Positions 18,305 to 27,774 of a DNA stretch of 64,000 nt are shown here, piece by piece; position 1 is the stretch's first letter; every line of letters starts with the position of its first letter. This stretch comes from Deltaproteobacteria bacterium. GTDB taxonomy: Bacteria; Myxococcota; JACPTQ01. The position numbers and the translations under genes are program-made. The DNA is taken from contig JACPTQ010000014.1 of assembly GCA_016192705.1 (NCBI GenBank), positions 15,503-79,502 on the forward strand, written 5' to 3'. Under the pieces are notes generated by a model, which was not told the origin of the DNA, made no database searches, and saw only the letters and a program-made list of their open reading frames with translations.

Positions 18305-21001
18305 TCAGCGACAAAGGCTCGCCCAAGTGGTCGAGTTGCCCACACTCCAAACGACGACGACGTTGCCGAAGGGATCGATGGCCATGGACGGAAAGAGCGC
18401 GCTTCCCGCGTCAGGGTTCGGGATGTCAACGGTACCCGCGTCGTCCCATCGGCCGCTACCTTCGGTGTCGAGGATGTACGATGAAATGAGAATGCGCCCC
18501 AATCCAGCGATCGTCTCGCTCCAGAGGATCGTCGCGCGCCCCGTTGGGGAGGTTGCGAGGGAGAGCGACTGCGAGGAAATCCCGGATGCCGTGTGGATTG
18601 TCGTGCTCGGTCCCCATCCCGCATCGATGAATGACGCGGAGCCGACGACTGAATAGTTCGGCGAGAAGAAGTTCGCTATCCATGCCACATGGATGCTGCC
18701 GTTCGGGGTCGCAGCGGCCGCCGTGTCGTAGAGGAGTCCACCGTCGGTCGACGCGACGGGGCCGGCGTCGCCCCAACCCGCGTCGGGTTCGAATCGGTTG
18801 CTTTCCACAAGCTGGCCACCGACATCGCTAAAAAACACCGCGACATTCCCGTCAGGGTCGCCGGCTGCCGAGACGGCGCCCGCGGGCGCAGTATTCCCAT
18901 CGATCCACAGCTCGCCTTGCCATCCCTGGCCAGGAACGTAACGATTTGCCCATATCTGATCGCTTGGGCCCGAGCGCGACCCAATGACCATTGTGTTCCC
19001 GGCTGAATCAACGACCGGTTTTATCACGTTGAGATTGCTCACGGCGGCGTCGGTCAGCGTTACGGGCGCGCTCCATCCAGCGTCGGGGTCAAATCGCGCG
19101 GCGCGCGAAACCTTGGGCATCGCCTTTGCCCAAACCGCGGTCACGCGCCCCCAGCCGTCGACAACGACTTTGGGCGCCTGCCCGTTTTCGAGCGAATCGG
19201 AGATCATGACGGGCGATGCGGTTGTCCAGCCGCCGTCGGGCGCGATTCGGATCGACCACACTTCGTTGAGGGCTCCAAACAGGCGGACGATCGTTGCATA
19301 ACCCGCGGAGTCGATCGCGACGACGGGGTTTCGTTGCACCTCGCCGCTCGGCTCAAGAATCTCCGGCGTTCGCCACCCCGCGGGCCAGCCGTCCGACGCG
19401 ACGTACCGCGCGGTCACGATCTTGTGAGTCCCCCCGGGCTCCGTGAGCTCCCATGCGACGAGCGCGTCGCCGTTTGGTCCCGTTGCGACTTGTGGTGCCG
19501 ACGATACGCTCCCATCGAGCGCGCTCGGCAGCGCAACCGGCGTTTCGCATCGAAGGCTTGACGAGGGCGTCGCGCTAACCGCGGTGCAAAATGGGCCAAC
19601 CCCGGCGTCGTTCGCCGCGCGCACAGCATAGAAGTACGGCTGACCGTTCGTCAGGCCCGTGTCGTTATACAAAGTCGAGGCGGAGGCATCGAGCGATGTG
19701 AACGGTCCGCCGGCATCGACCGCCCGATGGACTTCGTACGATGTTGCACCGATTGTCGCGAGCCACGTGAGCGAGACGCGCGCGTCTGATGGCGTCGCGA
19801 CGAGACCCGCTGGCGCCGCAGGAACCGTGAGCCGCGATGCCTCGGCCGATGCTGGCCCTTCACCTGAGCTGTTTGACGCGCGAACGATGTAGGTGTTCGT
19901 GACGCCCGGTGAACCGTTTGGGTCTGAAAAAACTGGCAAAATCGTGGTCCCGGCGTCAACGAAGACGCCACCATCTGCGTCCCGTCGATAAATGGAATAC
20001 GATGTCGCGGAAACCGATGCGTCCCACGTAAGTCCAACCAACGGATTGCCTCCCGTCGTGACGAGGTCGGTCGGCGCTGGCGGCCGCGTGAGAGCAACGA
20101 CTTCATTTGAGAACAGCCCCTCGCCTCCATCGTTTACGGCCATCACAACATAGAAATAGGAAGATCCCGCGATTAGGCCGGTGTCTGTGAACGTCGGTGC
20201 GCTTGTCGCGCCACGCTGAGCGTAAGGCTCGCCCGACACGATATTTCGGTAGACGACGTAGCTTGTCGCGCTGACCGAGGCGTCCCAAGATAACGCGATC
20301 GATGTATCGCCGCCCGCGGCGATAATTCCGGACGGTGCGGCGGGCCGCGTGAGCACTTGCGCTTCCAACGAATTCGGTCCCGCGCCCGTCGCGTTTTGCG
20401 CGCGCACGACATAGTAGTACCAAGTCCCGGGAGCGAACGATGTGTCCGAAAAGACTGTCGTTGATGCGTCGCCGATGTCGACCGGAGCCGCTGGATAAAC
20501 GCCGCGCGCGACAACGTACGACGTCGCGGACCAAGCCGTCGTCCAATTGATGCTGACCGATGTCGGATTAGCGATGGCCGAAAAAACCGTGGGTGCCGCG
20601 GGGAGCGTGAGGGCACTTGCTTCGACGGAGTTGTCGCTCCGTCCCGCGGGCGAAAGTGCGGCGACGACGTAGTAGTAAGTTGTGCCAGCCGCGAGCCCAG
20701 AGTCGCTGTACTCGGTTTGTGTCGGCGCCGCGATCTGCGTGTAGGGTCCGCCCGCAGCGGTCGCGCGCATGACCGCGTACCCCGTCGCGCTCGAGACGGC
20801 GTTCCACACAAGTTCGACCATGTTGAGGCTTCCCATGGCCGCGAGCCAATTTGGACCCGGCCCCGTTGTTCCTCCATCGGTCGCAATCCCACTGTCCGCG
20901 CCGGTTTGCGAGCCTTCCTTAAAGGGCGAAGTCCGAATACACGACGTGCCGATGGCAGCCATGACGGCCACAACCACGACCGGTCGAACGCGGATCGTCA
21001 T
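18305..21001 (-). CDS. secreted protein with tandem fibronectin type III-like repeats
   Basis: Signal peptide (MTIRVRPVVVVAVMAAIGTSC), at least 5 repeats of about 90 aa with recurring SATSY.V.R / Y.Y.V.A motifs typical of FN3, then a Trp/Gly-rich C-terminal region. Confidence 0.55.
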   Translation of the reverse strand: MTIRVRPVVVVAVMAAIGTSCIRTSPFKEGSQTGADSGIATDGGTTGPGPNWLAAMGSLNMVELVWNAVSSATGYAVMRATAAGGPYTQIAAPTQTEYSDSGLAAGTTYYYVVAALSPAGRSDNSVEASALTLPAAPTVFSAIANPTSVSINWTTAWSATSYVVARGVYPAAPVDIGDASTTVFSDTSFAPGTWYYYVVRAQNATGAGPNSLEAQVLTRPAAPSGIIAAGGDTSIALSWDASVSATSYVVYRNIVSGEPYAQRGATSAPTFTDTGLIAGSSYFYVVMAVNDGGEGLFSNEVVALTRPPAPTDLVTTGGNPLVGLTWDASVSATSYSIYRRDADGGVFVDAGTTILPVFSDPNGSPGVTNTYIVRASNSSGEGPASAEASRLTVPAAPAGLVATPSDARVSLTWLATIGATSYEVHRAVDAGGPFTSLDASASTLYNDTGLTNGQPYFYAVRAANDAGVGPFCTAVSATPSSSLRCETPVALPSALDGSVSSAPQVATGPNGDALVAWELTEPGGTHKIVTARYVASDGWPAGWRTPEILEPSGEVQRNPVVAIDSAGYATIVRLFGALNEVWSIRIAPDGGWTTASPVMISDSLENGQAPKVVVDGWGRVTAVWAKAMPKVSRAARFDPDAGWSAPVTLTDAAVSNLNVIKPVVDSAGNTMVIGSRSGPSDQIWANRYVPGQGWQGELWIDGNTAPAGAVSAAGDPDGNVAVFFSDVGGQLVESNRFEPDAGWGDAGPVASTDGGLLYDTAAAATPNGSIHVAWIANFFSPNYSVVGSASFIDAGWGPSTTIHTASGISSQSLSLATSPTGRATILWSETIAGLGRILISSYILDTEGSGRWDDAGTVDIPNPDAGSALFPSMAIDPFGNVVVVWSVGNSTTWASLCR

Positions 21002-21018
21002 ATCAACATTATATATAG

Positions 21019-21373
21019 CCTGATTCCCGGTTAACGGCCGAGACCTGCGTGGGGCGGTCGGGTTTGGGCTCGCTCCGGCTCGCAAAAGTCCTCGGGTCTG
21101 ACATTAAATGTGAGTCTGCACGAAACGAATCAAACGTCACGAGAACGGCAATCCCACGCCCCATCGGCACCTCATCCCCTGCGGATGCGAGCCTTTGCGT
21201 GCCCAATCTCCGCCCGCCCAATTAGGACTCGGCCGTTTTCCTGGAACGGCGCTTACGATACTTGGGGGTCGATCGATCGTCAGCCGACACCGAGCGGGTG
21301 AACTCTTTGTACCGCCCCCAAGCCCAGACCCCGCCCGTCCCACGCAAATCTTGCCCGTTATCCGGGAATCAGG
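21019..21373. mobile_element. MITE-like interspersed repeat, copy B (two inverted copies of the left module)
   Basis: Left end 21019-21062 and right end 21330-21373 are about 40-bp near-perfect inverted repeats (CCTGATTCCCGGTTAACGGCC.. / ..GCCCGTTATCCGGGAATCAGG). Core shared with copies A and C. Lies between divergent FN3 and OM-barrel genes. Confidence 0.7.
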
Positions 21374-21450
21374 GCGTTTACGGACCCCCCGGCGATGCGG
21401 TATCGTCCGCGAGCAGATTTCGACGCAGGTTTGAGAGGAGGGTGCATTTG

Positions 21451-22914
21451 ATGCGGCACACGCGATGGGTCGGGCTCTCTGTTGTTGTCTTGGGTTTCGC
21501 GCAGAGCGCGGGCGCGAGCGACATGTACTACCAAGACTTTTTGTTTGGCGAACGCGCAACCGGGATGGGCGGCGCGTTTACCGGGCTCGCGAACGACCCG
21601 GCCGCAGCGTATTACAACCCGGCTGGCCTCGCCTTTGAGCTCGACCAATATTTGTCGGGGAGTCTCAACTTTTTCAATTTTGACAAAGTGACGATGAAAG
21701 ACGGGATGCGGCTCGGGACGGTTTCACAAACGCTCGAGTCGGCGCCCGTCGCGCCTTTCCCGTCGGCTGGGTTCATTCCCGCCGAGTGGCGCGGCAACTA
21801 CTTCGCGTTCACGACGGTTGTGCCGCACCTCACGCGACGCAGCTTTTCGGGGTCGCTCGAAAGCGGCGCTCAGAAGCTGAACACGTCGCTCTCGGAGGAA
21901 GACACGACCGTGTGGATTGGCGGGACCTACGCGCGACGACTTGGGAAAAAATTCGCGATGGGTGCGTCGATCCTATACGGGACCCGAACTTACTCGCGCG
22001 TGCGCGACGACACGGCGGTCACGACCAACACGAACGCGGCGACGTCGGGCACCGCGGAGATTGAAAGCCAACGCATCGAGACGTTTCGGACGGGGTTTGA
22101 CGTCAAGCAGCTCGTGATTCGGCTCGGCTTTTTGATCTTGCCGACGCCGCAGCTTCGCATCGGTCTCTTGCTCGGGATTCCGTCGATCACGATCAGCGGA
22201 AGCGGGTCGCGCTCGTGGCGGTCGGCGCTCATCAACATCGATAGTTCGCCCGTCGTGATTGGCCCGGGCGATACGCGCGCAACCGTGATTTCGGCGCAGT
22301 ACAAGACTTTTGAGAAAGGGCTCGACGCCGAGTCGAAACGGCCGTTCGAGGCGCGGCTTGGGATTTCGTATGCTTTTACGCCGCGACTGACGGTTGCGGC
22401 CGACGTCTCGATTCACTTGCCAACCGAGTATCTGCGGATGCCGAGCGCGACGATCCCGGGCTCGCCCGAAGATCCAAACGACCACGAGTTCGTCAATAAT
22501 GTGACGAGAAACTTTGTCCACAACTACAACCTTGGTTTCGAGTGGTACATCGGCGGTCGCGTCCCGCTTAGGCTTGGCGCGTTTACGAATTTTTCGTCGG
22601 CGCCGGAAATCCCCGCGAACCCGACGGAGGCGTATTTGTCGCAAATTCACTTGATGGGCTTTACGGGAAGCATCGGCTACACGGGCGAACGCGGGAGCAT
22701 CAACGTTGGGTTCATGTATGTCGCGGGGAACGGCTACGGGATTATTTATGACAACGCGGCGTTGCGTCGCGTCGAAATTGGGCAGCGGTCGATTCAGATT
22801 TTCGTGTCGGGCGGTATCAGCTTCTTGTCGGAGAATGTGAAGGGGCTCTTCATCAAGAGGCGAAAGCCGTCGCGTGATGAACAGATTAAAGAGGAGGTTC
22901 CATGGCGCGAGTAG
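21451..22914 (+). CDS. outer-membrane beta-barrel protein, FadL/OmpP1-like (putative hydrophobic-compound transporter)
   Basis: Signal peptide (MRHTRWVGLSVVVLGFAQSAGA) followed by LFGERATGMGGAFTGLANDPAAAYYNPAGLAF, resembling the FadL-family N-terminal signature; beta-strand-like periodicity. Confidence 0.5.
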   Translation: MRHTRWVGLSVVVLGFAQSAGASDMYYQDFLFGERATGMGGAFTGLANDPAAAYYNPAGLAFELDQYLSGSLNFFNFDKVTMKDGMRLGTVSQTLESAPVAPFPSAGFIPAEWRGNYFAFTTVVPHLTRRSFSGSLESGAQKLNTSLSEEDTTVWIGGTYARRLGKKFAMGASILYGTRTYSRVRDDTAVTTNTNAATSGTAEIESQRIETFRTGFDVKQLVIRLGFLILPTPQLRIGLLLGIPSITISGSGSRSWRSALINIDSSPVVIGPGDTRATVISAQYKTFEKGLDAESKRPFEARLGISYAFTPRLTVAADVSIHLPTEYLRMPSATIPGSPEDPNDHEFVNNVTRNFVHNYNLGFEWYIGGRVPLRLGAFTNFSSAPEIPANPTEAYLSQIHLMGFTGSIGYTGERGSINVGFMYVAGNGYGIIYDNAALRRVEIGQRSIQIFVSGGISFLSENVKGLFIKRRKPSRDEQIKEEVPWRE

Positions 22915-24692
22915 GCGCACTGTCGCTCGTCGTTATCGCCTGCTTCACGGCGCGCGCGGAGGCGGCCGTCGAAATCATGAAGGAAGCCGACGTTAAGCCC
23001 GGAATGAAGGGGTACGGGCTGTCGGTTTTTAAGGGCGGCGCGATCGAGCGGTTTGATGTCGAGGTGATAGGGACGCTCAAGAACGTCATGCCGAAGCACA
23101 GCATCATCTTGGTGCGATGCGCGGGGCAGGGGCTTGAGCGTACGGGGATCATCGCGGGAATGAGCGGGAGTCCCGTTTATATCGATGGGAAGCTCATCGG
23201 CGCAATCGCGTATGGGTGGGGGTTTTCGAAGGACCCTGTGGGCGGCGTGACGCCGATCGAGGCGATGCTTGAGGAGGGGCGGCGGCCGCTGCACGGCGAG
23301 TTGGCGAGGAGAGGGAATAAACGCAAAGACGCAAAGACGCAGAGCGAAGAGATTTCTGTCATTGCCCCTTCGCGCCTTGGCGACTTTGCGTTGAATCAGG
23401 CTGCCGTGGACGGCGCGATTCGGCCGCTTGCGACGCCCGTGGTGATGGCTGGCTTTGATCCGCGGGTTGTTGAGCGGCTGCGACCGGAGCTTGCGAATTT
23501 TGGGATGATGCCGGCGCAAGGCGCGGGCGGAGGGCCGATGGCAGCACCAGGAGGCGCGGCGCTCGATTTGACGCCAGGCGCGGCGATCGGTGTTCAGCTG
23601 ATGCGCGGCGACCTGAACATGACAGGCGTTGGGACGGTGACGCACCGCGATGGCAATCGCGTACTCGCGTTTGGGCACCCGATGTTCGGGCTCGGCGAGC
23701 AGTACATGCCGATCACGACCGCATGGGTTCACCACGTCTTTGCGGGGATGGCGCAGTCTTTCAAGATGGCGAGCCCCATCGATGTCGTCGGGTCGCTTAC
23801 GGGCGATCGGCAGCCGTGCATCGTCGGTGAGGTCGGGCGAAAGGTCGACACGATTCCGGTGACGGTCAACATCGCGCGCGCCGATGGAAGCTACAAGCGC
23901 ATTTACAAGGTCCAGGTGCTGAAGCACCGCCTCTTTTTTCCAGTTCTCGCACGGGCCGCGGTTGTGAGCGCCATGCTCGCCGCCGAGGGCGACCTTGCGG
24001 AAGCGACTTACTCGATGGGCGTCACCATCAAGATGAAGGGGCGCGAGCCGCTCAAACTCAAGACCGACATTTTTAGCCCGATTGGTCTCTTCGACCCGCG
24101 GGCGATGTTTTTTGGGACGGGCGTGCTCGCGGTCTCGGCGCTCCTCAATAACCCCTTCGCACCCGTGGAAATCGAGTCGGTCACGCACGACATTTCGATC
24201 GCATTTAAGCGCGATTTCGCGATGATTGAATCGGTCTATCTCGCCGAGTGGGAAGTTGTTGAGGGCGGGACGGTCGATCTGTACGTCGTGCTTCGGCCAA
24301 TTCGCGGCGAGCCGTTTACGATCAAAGTGCCGGCGCGAATCCCCGATGGGCTGGGCGGACGGGACGCCGTGATTGAAGTCGCCGCGGGGCGCGAAACGCG
24401 GCCCGATCAGGCGCCGCCGCATACGCTCGACGACTTCATCCGCAACATTCGCGAAGAGTACGACGCGCGGACAATCGTCGCGACGGTCGGGCGGAACGCA
24501 TGGGGTGTGAAGATGCGGGGCGCGAAGCTTGAGCATTTGCCGCGAACGTTTCTTGAGGTGCTGACGCCGACGCAGACGGTCGTGGGCGGTGGCATGGTGT
24601 ACAACGACGTTGAAGTCACAAAGAAATCGATCGGGCGGCTGGTTTCTGGGCGCGCGCATTTGCGGGTGCGCGTGGTTGAGAGAAAGGACTGA
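22902..24692 (+). CDS. SpoIVB-like serine peptidase (peptidase S55 family), secreted
   Basis: Signal peptide; motif GIIAGMSGSPVYIDGKLIGAIAYGW closely resembles the S55 (SpoIVB) catalytic Ser region. Overlaps upstream OM barrel gene by 13 nt and downstream gene by 1 nt (TGATG). Confidence 0.65.
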   Translation: MARVGALSLVVIACFTARAEAAVEIMKEADVKPGMKGYGLSVFKGGAIERFDVEVIGTLKNVMPKHSIILVRCAGQGLERTGIIAGMSGSPVYIDGKLIGAIAYGWGFSKDPVGGVTPIEAMLEEGRRPLHGELARRGNKRKDAKTQSEEISVIAPSRLGDFALNQAAVDGAIRPLATPVVMAGFDPRVVERLRPELANFGMMPAQGAGGGPMAAPGGAALDLTPGAAIGVQLMRGDLNMTGVGTVTHRDGNRVLAFGHPMFGLGEQYMPITTAWVHHVFAGMAQSFKMASPIDVVGSLTGDRQPCIVGEVGRKVDTIPVTVNIARADGSYKRIYKVQVLKHRLFFPVLARAAVVSAMLAAEGDLAEATYSMGVTIKMKGREPLKLKTDIFSPIGLFDPRAMFFGTGVLAVSALLNNPFAPVEIESVTHDISIAFKRDFAMIESVYLAEWEVVEGGTVDLYVVLRPIRGEPFTIKVPARIPDGLGGRDAVIEVAAGRETRPDQAPPHTLDDFIRNIREEYDARTIVATVGRNAWGVKMRGAKLEHLPRTFLEVLTPTQTVVGGGMVYNDVEVTKKSIGRLVSGRAHLRVRVVERKD

Positions 24693-26863
24693 TGGCGATG
24701 AAGATGCGAGTGGGACGATGGGCGCGCGGGTTGGCGGTTTGCGCGATGGCGCTCGGTTTTGAGGCGGGGTCGGCGCTGGCGGTTTCGACGACCGAGTGGA
24801 AACTTGAGACGGCTGAGGGTTTTCGCGCGGGCAAGCTGGAGGGCGTCGCTGTTTCGTCGCTCGGAGAGGCGACGGCTGGCTTTCGTCTCAAGGGGCAAAA
24901 GACGACCGAGCAGCTCGTCTGGTGTCTCGCGCGCGCGACCAAGGAACTTGTCTATTTTGGTACGGCGTCAAACGGGCTCATTTACAAATGGGAAGCGGGG
25001 CGGCTTGCGGTCGCGCATAAGACGGGGCAAACAGCGGTGACGGCGCTGGTCGCGGATGGAGCGGGCGGCGTTTTTGCGGGGACGATTCCAAACGGGAAGA
25101 TTTACAAGGTTGCTGCGGACGGGACGTTGACCGAGTTTGCGAAGCTCGCCGTGAAATACATTTGGGCGCTGGCGTTCGATGCGGCGTCGCGGACGCTGTA
25201 CGTTGGAACGGGGCCCAAGGGGACGGTTTACAAGGTCGATGAGAGCGGGCGCGCGTCGATTTTGGCTGACACGAAGACGGAACACGTCTTGGCGCTCGAG
25301 CTTGATGCGTCGGGGCAGATCTACGCGGGGACGGCGCGAAACGGGCTGCTTTTAAAGATTTCGAAAGCGGGGAAGATGGTGGTTGTCGCGGATATTGGCG
25401 GCGACGAGGTGCGTGCGATTGCGCTTCACGGCGGGGCGATTTTCGCGGCGACGAATGGCAGTCAGCGCCGTGGGATGGTGCCGCCGGGGTTGCCGGTGTT
25501 TGGCGGGTCGTTCATCGCGGCGCCCATCGTGGTTCAACCTGCGGGCGTGGTCGGACGACCGGTCGGGGTGCCCGTCCCAGCGGCCTTTCCGCGCGACCCA
25601 GGGCAGGGGACGCTCTATCGAATCGAAGCTGAAGGGCGCGTCGAGACGCTCCTTCAGTTGCCGCGCGGTTTTTTTACCGCGATCGAAGTCGACCCCGATG
25701 GGAATGTCTACGTCGCCGTTGGCGAAGATGGGCGCGTCTATCGGGTGACGCCCGACAAGATTGTTCACACGGTTTTTGATTTGAAGGAGAAGCAGGTGCT
25801 GGCATTGTCGGTCACGGGGGCGGAGCCCAAGCTCCTCGCGACCGGAAACGCCGGGGCGGTGTACCAAGTTTCGGGTGGGCGCGCCCGAAACCCGCGGTTC
25901 ACGTCGCCGGTGTACGACGCGAAGTTCGTATCGCGTTGGGGTGTCGTCGATTATCGCGCGAGTGGGAAAATTACCATTCGCACGCGCAGTGGAAATACGC
26001 CGAAACCCGACACGACGTGGTCGGACTGGTCGGACGGCGCGAGCGATGCGGCGAAAGTGACGAGCCCGCCTGCGCGTTATTTGCAGTTGCGCGCGGAGTG
26101 GTCGGATCACGACGCGGTGCTCAGGCAGATTCGCGTTTTTGTGCTGAACCAAAATCAGCGCGCGCGGCTCACGGAGGTAACGGTCGATGGGGTTGGAGCG
26201 GTTTCGCCGCCCATCGTCCAGCCGGTTGGAATGCCCACAGGATACCCATCGCCCATGGTGCATCGCGCGCCAATGATGCCGTTCCAACACGCGATGCCGG
26301 GCGCGGCGCTTCCGCGGCGCAATCCCACGAAGCGGCTCGCGTGGAAGGCCGAGAACCACGACGGCGATCCGCTGGTTTATTCGGTCTATGTGCGCGAGGA
26401 GGCGTCGCAGAACTGGATTCACCTGACGCGCAAGGGACCCATCCACGAAACTTATTTCAGTTGGGACACGGAGTCGTTCCCCGACGGCTGGTACCGCGTC
26501 AAAGTGGTCGCGAGCGACGAGCGCGCGAATCCACCGCACCTTGTCTTGACGCACGAGTGGGTGACGCATTCGGTGCTCGTCGATAACCGCGAGCCGGACA
26601 TCGTCGATCTTGTTGTTGAGGGCGACCTAACGGTCCGTGGAATGGCGCGCGACAATTTCAGCACCATCAAGCGGCTCGAATACTCCCTCGACGGAGGCGA
26701 TTGGGTGCTCGTTTTCCCGGAGGGAGACCTTCACGACGGGACCGCGGTTCGGTTTAGATTCCGGTTGCCGAAGCCAGCGATGGGTGCGCATACGCTCCAT
26801 GTTCGCGCGATTGACGCCGGGAACAACATTGGCGTTGCGAGCCGGATTTTCACGATCAAATAG
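24692..26863 (+). CDS. secreted beta-propeller repeat protein (NHL/SMP-30-like blades)
   Basis: Signal peptide (MAMKMRVGRWARGLAVCAMALGFEAGSALA), recurring G(T/K)(I/V)YKV / GNVYVA blade motifs. Start coupled to S55 peptidase stop. Confidence 0.55.
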   Translation: MAMKMRVGRWARGLAVCAMALGFEAGSALAVSTTEWKLETAEGFRAGKLEGVAVSSLGEATAGFRLKGQKTTEQLVWCLARATKELVYFGTASNGLIYKWEAGRLAVAHKTGQTAVTALVADGAGGVFAGTIPNGKIYKVAADGTLTEFAKLAVKYIWALAFDAASRTLYVGTGPKGTVYKVDESGRASILADTKTEHVLALELDASGQIYAGTARNGLLLKISKAGKMVVVADIGGDEVRAIALHGGAIFAATNGSQRRGMVPPGLPVFGGSFIAAPIVVQPAGVVGRPVGVPVPAAFPRDPGQGTLYRIEAEGRVETLLQLPRGFFTAIEVDPDGNVYVAVGEDGRVYRVTPDKIVHTVFDLKEKQVLALSVTGAEPKLLATGNAGAVYQVSGGRARNPRFTSPVYDAKFVSRWGVVDYRASGKITIRTRSGNTPKPDTTWSDWSDGASDAAKVTSPPARYLQLRAEWSDHDAVLRQIRVFVLNQNQRARLTEVTVDGVGAVSPPIVQPVGMPTGYPSPMVHRAPMMPFQHAMPGAALPRRNPTKRLAWKAENHDGDPLVYSVYVREEASQNWIHLTRKGPIHETYFSWDTESFPDGWYRVKVVASDERANPPHLVLTHEWVTHSVLVDNREPDIVDLVVEGDLTVRGMARDNFSTIKRLEYSLDGGDWVLVFPEGDLHDGTAVRFRFRLPKPAMGAHTLHVRAIDAGNNIGVASRIFTIK

Positions 26864-26865
26864 GC

Positions 26866-27774
26866 TCAGAACGACGCGGTTTCGGTGGCGATTCGCCGAT
26901 AAACGTCGGTGATGGCTCGTGTGAGCGGACCGGGCCGCCCGCTCGCAATCGTGTGGTCGTCGCACGACGCGACCGGCATTACTTCGCGAATGGAGCTCGT
27001 GATGAAGGCTTCATCGGCCTCGTAAAGGTCGTCGGCTTGAAGCGTGCGCTCACGCGCCAAAATTCCGCGTCGCTTGCAAATCGTCATCACGGTACGGCGC
27101 GTGATCCCTTCGAGGATTCCCGCGTCAAGAGGCGGTGTCGCGACTTCGCCGCGTCGCACGATAAAAAGGTTCGACGAACTCCCTTCGCACAGGGCGCCCT
27201 CAGCGTTTTTCATGACCGCCTCGTAAGCGCCAGCCGCAAGCGCCTCGCGGAGCGCTTGAATGCTCGACAAATAGTTCCCCGACTTCGCGCGCGGGTCGAC
27301 GCCGGCGCCGCTTCGCTGAACGGAAACGATGCGAAGCTTACAGCCGCGTTCGTACAGCTCCGCGGGTGGGCTTGAAAGTTCCTTGACGATGATGACGCGG
27401 TTGGGTGTCGTCGCGAGTGCCGGATCGAGGCCGATCGGACCGGCGCCGCGCGTGACAACGACGCGAACGTACGACTCGGCATTTCCCGATTCTTCGAGCG
27501 TTGCCTTAAGCGCTGTCGTGGCGTCGGCCGTTGTCCAGCCGAGTGACATTCCGAGTCGCCTCGCGGAGCTTTCAAGTCGTTCCCAATGCGCCGCCCACGC
27601 GAACGGCTTTCCGCCGTACGTGCGCATGACTTCGTAGACGCTGTCGCCGTACAGGAAACCGCGGTCAAACACCGGCACGACCGCCTGTTCAGCGCCGACA
27701 ATTTGTCCGTTCAGAAAGACGCGCGTTGCCAATGACGGGAAGCGCTTGCTAGTCGAGGGCAGACTTGAAAACAA
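26866..27774 (-). CDS. class IV PLP-dependent aminotransferase (branched-chain / D-amino-acid aminotransferase or aminodeoxychorismate lyase family)
   Basis: N-terminal ..VFLNGQIV..VPVFDRGFLYGDSVYEV.R and overall length of about 300 aa, typical of fold-type IV enzymes. Confidence 0.7.
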   Translation of the reverse strand: MFSSLPSTSKRFPSLATRVFLNGQIVGAEQAVVPVFDRGFLYGDSVYEVMRTYGGKPFAWAAHWERLESSARRLGMSLGWTTADATTALKATLEESGNAESYVRVVVTRGAGPIGLDPALATTPNRVIIVKELSSPPAELYERGCKLRIVSVQRSGAGVDPRAKSGNYLSSIQALREALAAGAYEAVMKNAEGALCEGSSSNLFIVRRGEVATPPLDAGILEGITRRTVMTICKRRGILARERTLQADDLYEADEAFITSSIREVMPVASCDDHTIASGRPGPLTRAITDVYRRIATETASF

